Assembly: GCA_040218735.1 (NCBI GenBank)
Contig: JAVJQW010000061.1
Location: 160,001-224,000, forward strand
Direction: 5' to 3'
Source of the DNA: Deltaproteobacteria bacterium
GTDB taxonomy: Bacteria > Myxococcota > Kuafuiibacteriia > Kuafuiibacteriales > Kuafuiibacteriaceae
DNA length: 64,000 bases
The notes under the pieces are model-generated. The model was not told where the DNA came from and did no database searches. It worked only from the letters and a program-made list of their open reading frames with translations. Both the position numbers and the translations under genes were made by a program. Shown here one piece after another: positions 1 through 10,200 of the stretch. Numbering within the stretch: the stretch's first letter is position 1; each line of letters begins with the position of its first letter.

Positions 1-1
1 C

Positions 2-259
2 GAGGACAAGACCGGCCAGGACCTCGACCCCGAGTACCTCAACACCGTCCTCGAGCAGCGGATGCGCCTCTCCGGCGTCTACGATCTCGTCAGCAGCGAC
101 GACGACGCCGACTTCATCGGACGCGGCGTCCTCATGCGCCTCGCGGAGCGACGCGGCGACGACCGCGTGAGCGTCTACACCGCGATCCTCAACCTCGTGG
201 AGCCCGGCTCCGACGACGTGAAGTACAGCTGCGAAGCCACCGTCCGTGGCGAGATGTAG
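2..259 (+). CDS. 5'-truncated CDS, LpoB/CsgG-like lipoprotein C-terminal part
   Basis: Frame is open from base 2 (EDKTGQDLDPEYLNTVLEQRMRLSG...ADFIGRG...YTAILNLVEP) to TAG at 259; pattern resembles the LpoB-like penicillin-binding protein activator fold. Confidence 0.45.
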   Translation, partial: EDKTGQDLDPEYLNTVLEQRMRLSGVYDLVSSDDDADFIGRGVLMRLAERRGDDRVSVYTAILNLVEPGSDDVKYSCEATVRGEM

Positions 260-273
260 CGGCGAGACGTAGC

Positions 274-1137
274 TCAGTCCGCGGCCCAGCGGGCGACGAG
301 TTTGTCGAAGGTCGCGTCCATCGGCAGGCCGTACGGAGCGTCCTGACCGCAGGGCAGCTGCGGCGAGAACGCGACGGTCGGCGGAGAGATCGGCGCGGCC
401 ATCATGATGACGAGCGCTTCGGCCGTCGGGACGTCGACCGTGTCGCAGCCACACGCCTTCACCCCCGCGACGACCGCGCGCCGCAGATAACTCATCCGCT
501 CCGCCGGCGGCGCGACGTTCACCGCGCCGACCGCGCTCACCAACGCGTCGCACCCCTTCACCGCCTGCATGAACCGGCCGGAGAGCACCTCCGCGCGGCC
601 GCCCGGCTCCTTGCGCTGCATGACGGTGGTGACGAGCTCCCGGATGCTCTCCGGCGGCGGCGGCGGCTCGTACGGGGTGTAGGTCACCTTCGGGTTCTTG
701 ACGACGACGTGCACGGCGCGCTGCTCGGCGAGCTTGCACATGAACGGCAGCGCGACCTCGAGCGGCGTCCTGCGGTCGACGCGCAGGTACGCGGGGGCGT
801 TGGTCTTGCCGATCATCTTCTCGACGACGCGGATCTTGTCGGCCTGGTCGTCGAACGCCTTCAGGCCGTCCTGCACCAGCACCCCTTCGACGCCGAGCTT
901 CGTCCCCTTGATGTCGATGATGATCCCGCGCGAGCGCACGACCTCGCCGAGCTCCGCCGTCGGCGGGTCGGAGGTGATCGGCGACAGCCCGAAGCCGACG
1001 TGTGTGGGGATCGCGGCGAGGCGCTCTTCGAGGAGCTTCGTCCGCTGCGCGCAGGCGTCGGCCTTCTTCTTCGCCGACGCGGTCGACGCGGCGGTGAGGC
1101 AGGCGAGCGCGCAAAGACACGGCAGGACGATGCGCAT
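274..1137 (-). CDS. Secreted hypothetical protein, possible ExbD/TolR-like periplasmic domain plus Cys-containing C-terminal domain
   Basis: Likely true start MRIVLPCLCALACLTAASTASA (signal peptide) at 1137; the upstream part of the 675-aa ORF is an Arg-rich shadow of the MBL gene; YLRVDRRTPLEVALPFM resembles ExbD. Confidence 0.6.
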   Translation of the reverse strand: MRIVLPCLCALACLTAASTASAKKKADACAQRTKLLEERLAAIPTHVGFGLSPITSDPPTAELGEVVRSRGIIIDIKGTKLGVEGVLVQDGLKAFDDQADKIRVVEKMIGKTNAPAYLRVDRRTPLEVALPFMCKLAEQRAVHVVVKNPKVTYTPYEPPPPPESIRELVTTVMQRKEPGGRAEVLSGRFMQAVKGCDALVSAVGAVNVAPPAERMSYLRRAVVAGVKACGCDTVDVPTAEALVIMMAAPISPPTVAFSPQLPCGQDAPYGLPMDATFDKLVARWAAD

Positions 1138-1199
1138 GGCGAGTCGAGTCAACACGGCTTGGGACCCAGGAGCAAGGACGCCCGAGGGCGCCGCGATCT

Positions 1200-2807
1200 T
1201 CAACCGGTCGACGATCTTCGACCGATCGAGAACGGGACGCCGATCTCGAGGTGCGCGGCCTCGACGCCCAGATCGGGATCGGCCTCGAGCAACGCGGCGA
1301 ACGCGGCGTGCGAGCCGACGTCGGAGTACGCGGTCGCGATGTAACTCGCGCCGCCGGCGGCGTACCCAAAGGCGCGGCGCGGCTTCATGCGGGCGACGCT
1401 GGCGCGGGCCTGTTCGGGACCCGCGCAGTGACGCACCCACTCGTTGCGCATCACGTGGGGGATCCAATCTTCGTAGAAGTTTCCGTACCCGAGGTCGCGC
1501 GGCATCACGTACGCCTCGGCGCACCCGCTCACGCCCATGAACGCGAAGTCGACGCCCTCGCCGGCGAGGCGATCGTAGACCTCGGGCATCTCGGCGGAGT
1601 CCGCGGACAGGTACACCGCGTGCCCGCCGCCGGTGCGCGCGAGGTAGGTGAGCTTGGCGAGGTCGAGGCCCCACGACTCGCCGACGAACGGGACGCCGGT
1701 GACGACGACGTCGCCGACGGTGGTCGAGACCCACGGGTCGAGCTCCTCGACGTCGGTGAACCCGAGCACCCGAACGATGCCGAGGGTGTCGACCTGGTAG
1801 GGCGGCGGCTCGCGACCGGTACGCGGGACGATCACGCGGGTGTCGGTGGGGATCATCGCGAGGGAGTTGGGGTTGAGGTGATCGTTGTCGGGGTGCGTGA
1901 TGACGACGGCATCGATCCGCGGGAGCTGGCGCGGGTCGAGCTTGGGCGCGGACAGGTGCGGCTCGCCGGGGACGCTCGCGGAGAAGAACAGCGGGTCGAA
2001 GAGCACGTTGGTCGTCGGTGTCTGCAGGAGGACGGCGGCGTGGCCGAGCCAGGTGACGCGGTCCTCGGTGACGTCCTCGAACCGACCGTCGCGCTCGGGC
2101 GCCGGTTCGAGGAGCGCGAAGCGATCCATCATCGCGAGCAGCTTCTTCGCGGTGCCGCGGTGGCGTTTGTCGAAGGTGTCGACGATCTGGTCCGCGGTGG
2201 AGCGACCGTCGAGACGCGCGACGACGTCGCGGAGCACGCCGCCGATCGTGTCGTCGGCGAGCATGTTCACCGCGTAGACCTCGTGCCCGCGTTCGAGGCA
2301 CGCGAAGCGAAAACCCACGGCGTCCGCGCCAACGAGGTCACGGCCGCGCGGCATGAAGGGCATGGGCGCGATCTGGACAGCGGTCTCGACGGCGAGCGTC
2401 GGCCAGGCCGAGCGCATCCGCGCGATCCTCGCGCCCTCCGCGATGACGTTCGTGCGACCGGTGAGCGGCGCGTCGGGACGCTCGCGCGCGAAGAACAACA
2501 GGTCGTCCTCGACGAGGCGCCAGAGTTTGTCGGCGCCGACCTCGCACGCCTCGGCGGTGCGCCAATCCGTGAGGCCGGCGACGAGCGCGGCGTCGTCGAG
2601 GCGCAGCGTGGTGAACGCACCGCCGAAGCGACCGAGCTCCGCCTCCGCCCACGACTGATCGAGACGCAGCCGCACCTCGATCCCAGCGGCGCGTCTGTAC
2701 CAGAGTCGATTCGGATCGGGACGATCCGCCGCGGGGATCCGGGACGTACGCTCGACGAGCTCACGCATCGGGCCGAGCTTCTTCTCGAGCAGGTCCTTGA
2801 ATCCCAT
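1200..2807 (-). CDS. MBL-fold metallo-hydrolase/oxygenase with long N-terminal extension (CmlA-like architecture)
   Basis: VTWLGHAAVLL, FDP, ITHPDNDH, SADS motifs; 535 aa. Confidence 0.75.
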   Translation of the reverse strand: MGFKDLLEKKLGPMRELVERTSRIPAADRPDPNRLWYRRAAGIEVRLRLDQSWAEAELGRFGGAFTTLRLDDAALVAGLTDWRTAEACEVGADKLWRLVEDDLLFFARERPDAPLTGRTNVIAEGARIARMRSAWPTLAVETAVQIAPMPFMPRGRDLVGADAVGFRFACLERGHEVYAVNMLADDTIGGVLRDVVARLDGRSTADQIVDTFDKRHRGTAKKLLAMMDRFALLEPAPERDGRFEDVTEDRVTWLGHAAVLLQTPTTNVLFDPLFFSASVPGEPHLSAPKLDPRQLPRIDAVVITHPDNDHLNPNSLAMIPTDTRVIVPRTGREPPPYQVDTLGIVRVLGFTDVEELDPWVSTTVGDVVVTGVPFVGESWGLDLAKLTYLARTGGGHAVYLSADSAEMPEVYDRLAGEGVDFAFMGVSGCAEAYVMPRDLGYGNFYEDWIPHVMRNEWVRHCAGPEQARASVARMKPRRAFGYAAGGASYIATAYSDVGSHAAFAALLEADPDLGVEAAHLEIGVPFSIGRRSSTG

Positions 2808-2874
2808 GGGCGGTCCGAAAACTGCCTATCACGGCCGGTTCGTGTTAACCGTGCTCATCTGGAGGGAATGGTCG

Positions 2875-3405
2875 ATGACGGATGACCATCGCACCGTACA
2901 CGCGCAGCAAGCCTTCGAGTTCGGCGATGTGTTCGGCTACAAATTCAACCCTCTGAGCTTCGGCTCGTCGGTGAAACGACGCCTCACCCTCTCCGAGCCG
3001 GACGGCCTCTCGACCGCGGGCGGACGCCAGTCCCGCCAGTCGCTCGTGCTGATCCCCGAGGACGACGAGTCCGCGGGCAACGTCGTCATCGGCTTCATCG
3101 ACACCGTCCACAAAAACGCCGAAGTGCGGTCGTTCAACGCGGTCTCCCAGCAGTTCAGCGCGCGCTACGGGCGCAAGTTCGACCTCGAGCGGGAAGCGTT
3201 CGACCTCCTCCTCGCGGAGCTCGGCGGCTTCCTCAAGATCCAGAAGATCGACTACCAGGTCATCGAAGCCGCCCACATCCCCAAGAAACCCGCGCCCCCG
3301 CCCGAGCCCGTCGCGCCCGCGAACGCCAACCTCGGCGCCCTCCTCGGGATGCTCGCTCTCGGCATCCTCATCGGCTTCGGCTTCGGCTGGCTCGTGTTCA
3401 GCTAG
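2875..3405 (+). CDS. Hypothetical protein with C-terminal transmembrane anchor
   Basis: GGAGGG RBS at 2861, ATG 2875; Pro-rich linker followed by hydrophobic LGALLGMLALGILIGFGFGWLVF. Confidence 0.7.
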   Translation: MTDDHRTVHAQQAFEFGDVFGYKFNPLSFGSSVKRRLTLSEPDGLSTAGGRQSRQSLVLIPEDDESAGNVVIGFIDTVHKNAEVRSFNAVSQQFSARYGRKFDLEREAFDLLLAELGGFLKIQKIDYQVIEAAHIPKKPAPPPEPVAPANANLGALLGMLALGILIGFGFGWLVFS

Positions 3406-3432
3406 GCGACAACACCGGGGATCCGATCTAGC

Positions 3433-3527
3433 TATCTGGCCACAATCTAGACAAATCCTCGGATCAGGCCGATGTAATCCTTGACGTCTAAACAAAACCT
3501 GGACATTGTCCAGGTCATGTCCAGGTT
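3433..3527. promoter_or_regulatory. CarH/CarA/LitR-like operator: six 11-bp-phased nAnnTnnACAn repeats overlapping a TTGACG-N17-CATTGT promoter
   Basis: Plus-strand copies at 3433-3443, 3444-3454, 3485-3495, 3496-3506; minus-strand ACCTGGACA at 3507-3515 and 3518-3526; perfect palindrome ACCTGGACA-T-TGTCCAGGT at 3497-3515. Confidence 0.55.
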
Positions 3528-4167
3528 CAAGCGCGCCACCGACAAGACCCGGGAAGAGTTCGATGCCCTCACGGCCGAGTACGTCGGCCCCCTCTACGCG
3601 GCGGCCGTCCGGCTGACCCGCAACCCGAAGGACGCCGAGGACCTCGTCCAGGACACCTACCTCAAGGCGTTTCGCTTCTTCGACCGCTTCAAGCGCGGCA
3701 CGAACATCAAGGCCTGGCTGTTCACGATCCAGACGAACACGTTCATCAACCAGTACCGCCGCCGTCAGAAGGCGCGCGAGATCGCCGAGACCCCGGCGAC
3801 CGAGCTGCTCGAGGATCGCTTCGTCTCGTCGCAGCGTCTCCGCGCGCTCGAGAACCCGGAGGGCGACTTCTTCGATCACCTCCTGAGCGACGAGGTCCTC
3901 GCCGCGCTCGACCGCGTCCCGGTCGACTTCCGCATGGCGGTCATCCTCTCCGACATCGAAGGGTTCTCGTACAAGGAGATCGCCGAAATCATGAAGTGCC
4001 CCGTCGGCACCGTGATGAGCCGCCTCTACCGCGGCCGGCGCGCGCTGCAGGAGCAGCTGTACGCGTACGCGATCGACGAAGGCGTGCTGAACCCCGCGCG
4101 CGACGAAGACGGCGAATACGTCGACCTCAAAGCGTACCGCGAGCAGAACAAGCGCAGGTCGGCGTGA
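3517..4167 (+). CDS. ECF RNA polymerase sigma-70 factor (SigH/SigR-like)
   Basis: Region 2 [17 protein letters not shown]...AWLFTI; region 4 [25 protein letters not shown]. Confidence 0.92.
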   Translation: MSRFKRATDKTREEFDALTAEYVGPLYAAAVRLTRNPKDAEDLVQDTYLKAFRFFDRFKRGTNIKAWLFTIQTNTFINQYRRRQKAREIAETPATELLEDRFVSSQRLRALENPEGDFFDHLLSDEVLAALDRVPVDFRMAVILSDIEGFSYKEIAEIMKCPVGTVMSRLYRGRRALQEQLYAYAIDEGVLNPARDEDGEYVDLKAYREQNKRRSA

Positions 4168-5135
4168 GTCGAATCCTCGTCACGGGCGCCACCGGCTTCG
4201 TCGGCCGCGCGCTGAGCCGACGCCTCCTCGACAGCCTGCACGACGTCGTCTGCGGCAGCCGCGACCCGGACGCCGCCGCCCGACGTTTCCCGACCCAAAC
4301 CTGGACAAGATTCGACCTCGACGACGAAGCGTCGATCGAAGCCGCGCTCGAAGGCACCGACGTCGCCTACTACCTCGTCCACGGCATGGCGGTGGGCGAA
4401 GACTACGCGGAGCGCGAGCGCGAATGGGCGATCCGCTTCATCGACGCCGCGGAGCGCGCCGGCGTCGGGCGCGTCGTCTATCTCGGCGGCGTCGAGCCGA
4501 CCGACGAACCGTCGCCGCACCTCGCGAGCCGCCTCGACACGGGGCTGCTCCTGAGACGGCGCGCGGCGAAGGTCCGCGTCCTCGAATGCCGCGCGGCGAT
4601 GATCGTCGGCACCGGCAGCGAGAGCTGGCGCATCGTCCGCGACCTCGCGTCGCGACTCCCCGCGATGGTGTTGCCGCGGTGGCTGGAGAACCGATCGCAG
4701 CCCGTCGCGCTCGACGACGTGATCGAGGCCCTCGTGCACGGCGCGACCTCCGACGCGAGCGGCGTCTACGGCCTCCCTGGCCCCGACACCCTCACCGGCG
4801 AGCAGATCCTCCGCATCACCTCGCGCCTGAAGGGCATCCGGCCGGTCTGTGTCTCGGTCCCGTTCGTCTCGCAGCGCCTGTCGAGCCACTGGATCCGCTG
4901 GGTCACGCGCGCCGACCCGGGCATCGCGAAGGAGCTCGTCCAGGGGATGTCGAGTGACCTCGTCTGCCGCGACACGCCATACTGGTCCCGGATGCCGAGC
5001 TACGAACCGACGTCCTTCGAGCCCGCCGCGCGCCGCGCGATCGAGGCCGAAGAGCCGACGCTCCCCTGGACGACGCGCGCCACCGAAGGCCTGATCCGCG
5101 CCGTCGCCCTCTCACCGACGGCCGACCCCGGTTGA
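4164..5135 (+). CDS. NAD(P)H-binding atypical SDR (YbjT-like)
   Basis: GTG start overlaps sigma stop (GTGA); [11 protein letters not shown] Rossmann motif, YYLVHGM, SPHLASR, GSESW. Confidence 0.85.
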   Translation: MSRILVTGATGFVGRALSRRLLDSLHDVVCGSRDPDAAARRFPTQTWTRFDLDDEASIEAALEGTDVAYYLVHGMAVGEDYAEREREWAIRFIDAAERAGVGRVVYLGGVEPTDEPSPHLASRLDTGLLLRRRAAKVRVLECRAAMIVGTGSESWRIVRDLASRLPAMVLPRWLENRSQPVALDDVIEALVHGATSDASGVYGLPGPDTLTGEQILRITSRLKGIRPVCVSVPFVSQRLSSHWIRWVTRADPGIAKELVQGMSSDLVCRDTPYWSRMPSYEPTSFEPAARRAIEAEEPTLPWTTRATEGLIRAVALSPTADPG

Positions 5136-5725
5136 ACGTGCGCATCCTCGTGACCGCGGCCGGCCTCGCGGGCTGGGCCGTCGTCGTCGCGACGTTCAAA
5201 GGGCCCGGCGTCTACACGCCGCTCGCGATCTACGCCGGCCTCTTCGCCGCGCTGCTGCTGGCCCTCGACCGCGAGCGCCTCGCGACCTTCCGCCCCGACG
5301 CACGCGCCGTCGCGATCGGGATCGCCGGCGCCCTCGTGATGATCGCCGGCTCCTACGGATCCTTCGCGCTCGCGTCGTCGCTGTTCCCGGCGGTGCACGC
5401 CGACGTCGCCGTCGACTACGCGACCACGAACATCGGCGGCAACTGGGCCGTCGTCCCGCTGCTCGTCGTGGTCATCGTCGCCGAGGAAGTCATCTGGCGC
5501 GAGGCCCTCTTCGACCCCGCCCACCCCATACGGAGCGGCGCCCTCAGCGTCGCGCTCTACGTCGCCGTGCAGATCGGCTTCGGCTCGTGGGTCGTCTTCG
5601 CGCTCGCCGCGGTGTGCGGCGTCTTGTGGACGATCGAACGCGCGTACACGAAGAGCCTCGTCGCCCCGATCCTGACCCACGGCATCTGGAACCTCACGGT
5701 GTTGGTCGCCTTTCCGCTGATTTGA
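5132..5725 (+). CDS. CPBP (Abi/CAAX) family intramembrane glutamic endopeptidase
   Basis: Multi-TM; EEVIWR and THGIWN motifs. Confidence 0.8.
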   Translation: MNVRILVTAAGLAGWAVVVATFKGPGVYTPLAIYAGLFAALLLALDRERLATFRPDARAVAIGIAGALVMIAGSYGSFALASSLFPAVHADVAVDYATTNIGGNWAVVPLLVVVIVAEEVIWREALFDPAHPIRSGALSVALYVAVQIGFGSWVVFALAAVCGVLWTIERAYTKSLVAPILTHGIWNLTVLVAFPLI

Positions 5726-5798
5726 ACGCCCCGCGATCTTTTTCGTTACGCCCGGGCCCTGGCCGATCCACGAACGAGGGGCGAGAGTCGCATCGCCC

Positions 5799-7298
5799 AT
5801 GCTCGCCCCGCTCCTCGCCCTGACCGCGCTCACCGCGGCCGCTGCTCCGGCCACCGACGAAACCATCGTCGCGCTCGTCGTCGGCAACAACCTCCCCCTC
5901 CCCGGGAGCGGCTACCCACCGCTGCAGTACGCCGACGACGACGCCTTACGCTTCGCCACCTACTTCGAGGAGCTCGGCGCCCAGGTCTTCACCACCACTA
6001 GCGTCGACTTCGACACCGCCCAGCGCTACCCCGCACTCGCCGATCGCGTCGCCGTCCCCACGCGCGCGCACGTGCTCGAACAGATCGCCGGCGCCCGCGC
6101 CGCGCTCGCCGCCGCCGAAGGCCCGCGCGTCCTCTTCGTCTACTTCTCGGGGCACGGCTCCGTGACTTCGTCGGACGCCTACCTCCACCTCGTCGACGGC
6201 CGCTTCTCCCGCACCGATCTCCACGAGCAGATCCTCCGCAACATGCCGGCGGAGCGCGTCCACGTGATCATCGACTCCTGCCACGCCTACTTCCTCGTCA
6301 ACGCGCGCGGGGAGCGCGTCGCCGTCGCGCAGGACGAGGAGTCACTCGACCGCTACCCGCACGCTGGCTTCCTCCTGTCGACGAGCCGCGGCAAGGAGGT
6401 CCAGGAGTGGTCCGGCTACCAGGCCGGCGTCTTCAGCTACCAGGTGCTCGGCGCGCTCCGCGGCGCGGCCGACGTCGACGGTGACCGCCGCGTCTCCTAC
6501 GCAGAGGCGCACGGCTACGTCGTCGCCGCGAACCTCGGCGTGAAGAACCCGAGCGCGCGCATCCAACCGTACGTCCGCGAGCCGATCGTCCGCGGCGACA
6601 CCCTCCTCGACCTCCGCCCGCTCCCCGACGTGCGCCGTGTCCGCGTCCCCGAGGCCATCGCCGGGCACTTCGTCGTCTCCGACGCCGCCGGGACACGCGT
6701 GCTCGACGCGCACAAACCGGTCGACGCGACGCTCGAGCTCGTCTCGCCCCCCGACGCCGCGCTGTTCCTCACCACCGGCGAAGACGTCTACGACACCCGC
6801 GCCGACGACGACGGTCGCCTGGTGTTCGAAGGGCCCCTCACCGAACGCCCGGCGGTGCTCGCGTCGAAGGGATCGATCGCCGACGAGTTCCGCGACCACC
6901 TCTTCGTGCACCCCCTCACCGTCGACTTCGTGCGCGGCCTCGACGCCGCCCACGACGCCCTACGCCCCACCGCGATTCGACGCTCCGCACCGCCGTGGGA
7001 GCGGGACCCGATCACCCTCGGCCTCCTCGGCGCGGCCGCGGCCGGAGCGATCACCGGCGTCGTCGCGACGGGTTACTACGTCCGCGACCGCCGGCGCTTC
7101 GAGCGACGACCGGTGACCCCCGAGCACGAGGCCCTCCGCAGCGACGCCGAGCGCGCGCGCGCAGTGCTGATCGGCGGGTTCGTCGCCGGCGCGTCGTTCC
7201 TCACCGCGGGCATCATCCGCGCCGTCTTCACCAACGGACCCGCGTGGGCCGTCGCCCCCACGACGAACGGCGCCATCGTGTCGGGAGCCTTCCCATGA
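5799..7298 (+). CDS. Caspase-family (peptidase C14) protein with signal peptide and C-terminal TM region
   Basis: ALVVGNN, LQYADDDA, YFSGHG (His), IIDSCH (Cys), LRGAADVDGD. Confidence 0.88.
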   Translation: MLAPLLALTALTAAAAPATDETIVALVVGNNLPLPGSGYPPLQYADDDALRFATYFEELGAQVFTTTSVDFDTAQRYPALADRVAVPTRAHVLEQIAGARAALAAAEGPRVLFVYFSGHGSVTSSDAYLHLVDGRFSRTDLHEQILRNMPAERVHVIIDSCHAYFLVNARGERVAVAQDEESLDRYPHAGFLLSTSRGKEVQEWSGYQAGVFSYQVLGALRGAADVDGDRRVSYAEAHGYVVAANLGVKNPSARIQPYVREPIVRGDTLLDLRPLPDVRRVRVPEAIAGHFVVSDAAGTRVLDAHKPVDATLELVSPPDAALFLTTGEDVYDTRADDDGRLVFEGPLTERPAVLASKGSIADEFRDHLFVHPLTVDFVRGLDAAHDALRPTAIRRSAPPWERDPITLGLLGAAAAGAITGVVATGYYVRDRRRFERRPVTPEHEALRSDAERARAVLIGGFVAGASFLTAGIIRAVFTNGPAWAVAPTTNGAIVSGAFP

Positions 7299-10200
7299 AA
7301 CGCATCCTCTTCGTCGCGGCGCTCCTCGTGCGCTGCAGCGACTACACCTCGCTCGTCTGCGAGCCCTGCGAAGGCGGCTGCAGCGAAGGCCTCACCTGCG
7401 AAGCCGGCCGCTGCATCGCCCCCGGCGCGAGCTGCGGCCTCGAGTGCACGCGCTTCGAACCGTGTGAAGGTGCGACCGAGATCTGCTCCGCCGGCGCGTG
7501 CGTCGGGACGTGCACCACCTCGGCACAGTGCAACGGATCCGGACCGTGCCTCGATGGACGCTGCGTCGCGGCGTGCGGCCCGACGTACCCGTGCGGAGTG
7601 GAGATCGGCGCGGAGCGCATCGCCGACGTGGAGGTCGAGATCGAGCTGTCGACCTTCGGCGGGGTCTTCGCCGACGTCTCGAACGACCCGACGTTCGCCG
7701 AGGCCGCGACCCGCCGCATCGCGATCCAGCGCAACGACGACACCGCCCCGCTCGCGACTCAGACCGAGCCCTGGAGCCTCGCGCCGTGTGCGGCCAACGC
7801 CTGCCCGCGCGCGGTCTACGTCCGGTTCCTCGACGGCAACGGCGACGCGATCGAGACCGCGGAGGATCACGTCGTCGTCGACGCCCGCGATCCCGACCTC
7901 GCCGAGCCCCCCACGTTCGAGCTGAAGCCGCCGCGCGGCGCGCCGGTCGAAACCGTCGACCGCGCCACCCGGGACTCACGCCTCCGCCTGAGCCTGGCCT
8001 TCGACGAACCGATCGAGACCCTGCAGATCGGTTGGGACGGCGCCTCGGACGCCGCCTGGCAGATCGTCCGCGACGCACCCGAGCGCTTCACCGCCACCGC
8101 GACGATCACCGACACACCGACCGAGGGCGCGCACATCCTCTTCGCCAACGCGACGGATCGCGTCGGCCGCGCGACGAGCTTCGACGTCGCGACCGTCGAC
8201 TTCGATCGCACGCCACCCGCGACCCCGAGCGATCTGCTCGAACACCGACGCGTGGACGCCGTCGCCCCACGGCGCATCACCGCCGAAGCGGGCACACTCG
8301 AACCCGGCGTCCTCGTCCGCGTCGTCGACGGCGACGGCACCGAGCTCGGCCGCGGCGTCGCCGACGCGGCGGGCGCGCTCGACGCGATCGAGGTCGAGTC
8401 CGAAGAAGACGTCCTGCGCGCGGAGCTCGTCGACGGCGCCGGGCTCGCGAGTGAACGGGCGCGCGTCCACAACATCCGCGCGACGCTGCGGCTGGCCAGC
8501 GATCGGCACACCCTCTCCTATTCCTACGGCGTCCCGATCCCGGACGACGGCGAGATCCCGTTCGAGATCTTCAACGAAGACGATAGCGTCGAGAACTACC
8601 GCGGCGGGCCCTGGGTTCGCGAAGCGTCGTACGCCTACGACCGGCTGCGTCCGCTGGTCGGCGCGACCATGACGTTCGACCGCCGCTTCTCACAGCTCGC
8701 GCAGTACGGAGGCTGGCGCTACGAGAACACCACCCTCGAACCCAACCTGAGGCTCTACACCTCGAACACCACCGCGTCGCCCACGCAGCTCCCCGCCGAC
8801 GCGTCGAACGCGACGCTCGTCTCCGTCCCCGCCGTCGGCGGGCTCCTCGCGGTCGGGCACGGCTGCTGGGTCTACGACACCGACGACTGGACCCCGCTGA
8901 GCTCGAGCCACACTTGCAACGCAGACACCGCGGCCTACGACCCGAGCCGTGACGAAACGATCGGAGCGAGCTGGGACGAGCTGGAACGCCTCGACGTGGA
9001 CCTCGCCTACTTTCGGCCCGTTTCGCGATTCGTCGACGTCGACGCCGGAGATGCGTTGGTCTACGACGAAGCCCGCGATCGCGTCGTCGTCCTCCGGCGC
9101 TCCGGCTACACCGCCGTCTTCCACCGAACGACCGGCGCCTGGGGCCCCGTCGATTGGTTCCCCGGCTGCCCCTGCGGACTTCGGGAGTTCGGACTGGATC
9201 GACCGACCGTCGCCTACGACGAAGCCCGCGGCCAGGTCGTCGCGGCCGGCAACAGCGACGGGCACGTGGAGCTGTACACCCTCGGCGAGTGGTCGTGGAC
9301 GCCGATCCCCGTCACGGGGGACCGGCCGATCGATCGCGTCGGCGCAGCACTCGCCTACGATCCGCTCTCTCGTCGCCTGATCCTCACCGGCGGCTCCCAC
9401 GACCGCACGTCCCTCGCGCCGCGCACCGACGCGTGGGCGTTCGATGGGACCCGCTGGTCGCCGCTCACCGTGGTCGTCGAACAGCCCGCCTCGGGATCGA
9501 GCTCCATCGCGTACGACGTCGCGCGCGGCCGGGCGGTCGCGCTCGTCACGAACATCCCCGTCGACGCGCTCGGGCCCCGCCAGGAGACTTGGATCTGGGA
9601 CAGCCGCCGCTGGATCGACACCGGCGCGACCCTCCCCAACTCGGGCCACGACGGCCGCGTCATCTACCACGCGGGTCTGGAGCGCGTCGTCGCGATTCAG
9701 TTCGGGCAGGTGTGGACTTGGGAGGGCGACGCCTGGCAGCCGCTCGCCGGCGCCGGCACGCCGCCCCCCAACGTGCAGCTCGCCGCGCTCGCGTACGATC
9801 CGAACACCGACGCCATCCTCGCGTTCGGACCGAACCGCACCGACGAGCTGTGGATGCTCGGCGCCAACGGCTGGCAACAGATCCCACCGACCACGCCGTG
9901 GCCGTCCCCACGGATGCGCTCGGCGTTCGTGCACGACCCGGTGAGCAACCGCATGATCCTCTTCGGAGGGACCGACGTGGTCGGCCCGCTGCGCGACGTC
10001 TGGAGCTGGGACGGCGTCGCCTTCACGCAGCTCTCCGCCGCCGCGATCTCCGGCCTCCCCGAAGTGAACCCGGAGGCCATCGCCTACGACGCGGCGTCCG
10101 CCCAGGTCGTGCTGCTCGACCGCGGAACACTCTACGACCTCGACCGTACGAACGGGACGTGGACGTACCGCTCCAGCGACCGACACCGCGAACACGCCTC

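Noticed and set aside
1138-2301. N-terminal extension of the 675-aa ORF
   Set aside because: Out-of-frame overlap with the MBL gene; a signal-peptide start exists at 1137
4297-4307. Extra AAACCTGGACA copy inside the SDR gene
   Set aside because: Single copy in coding sequence without an 11-bp tandem partner; may be chance
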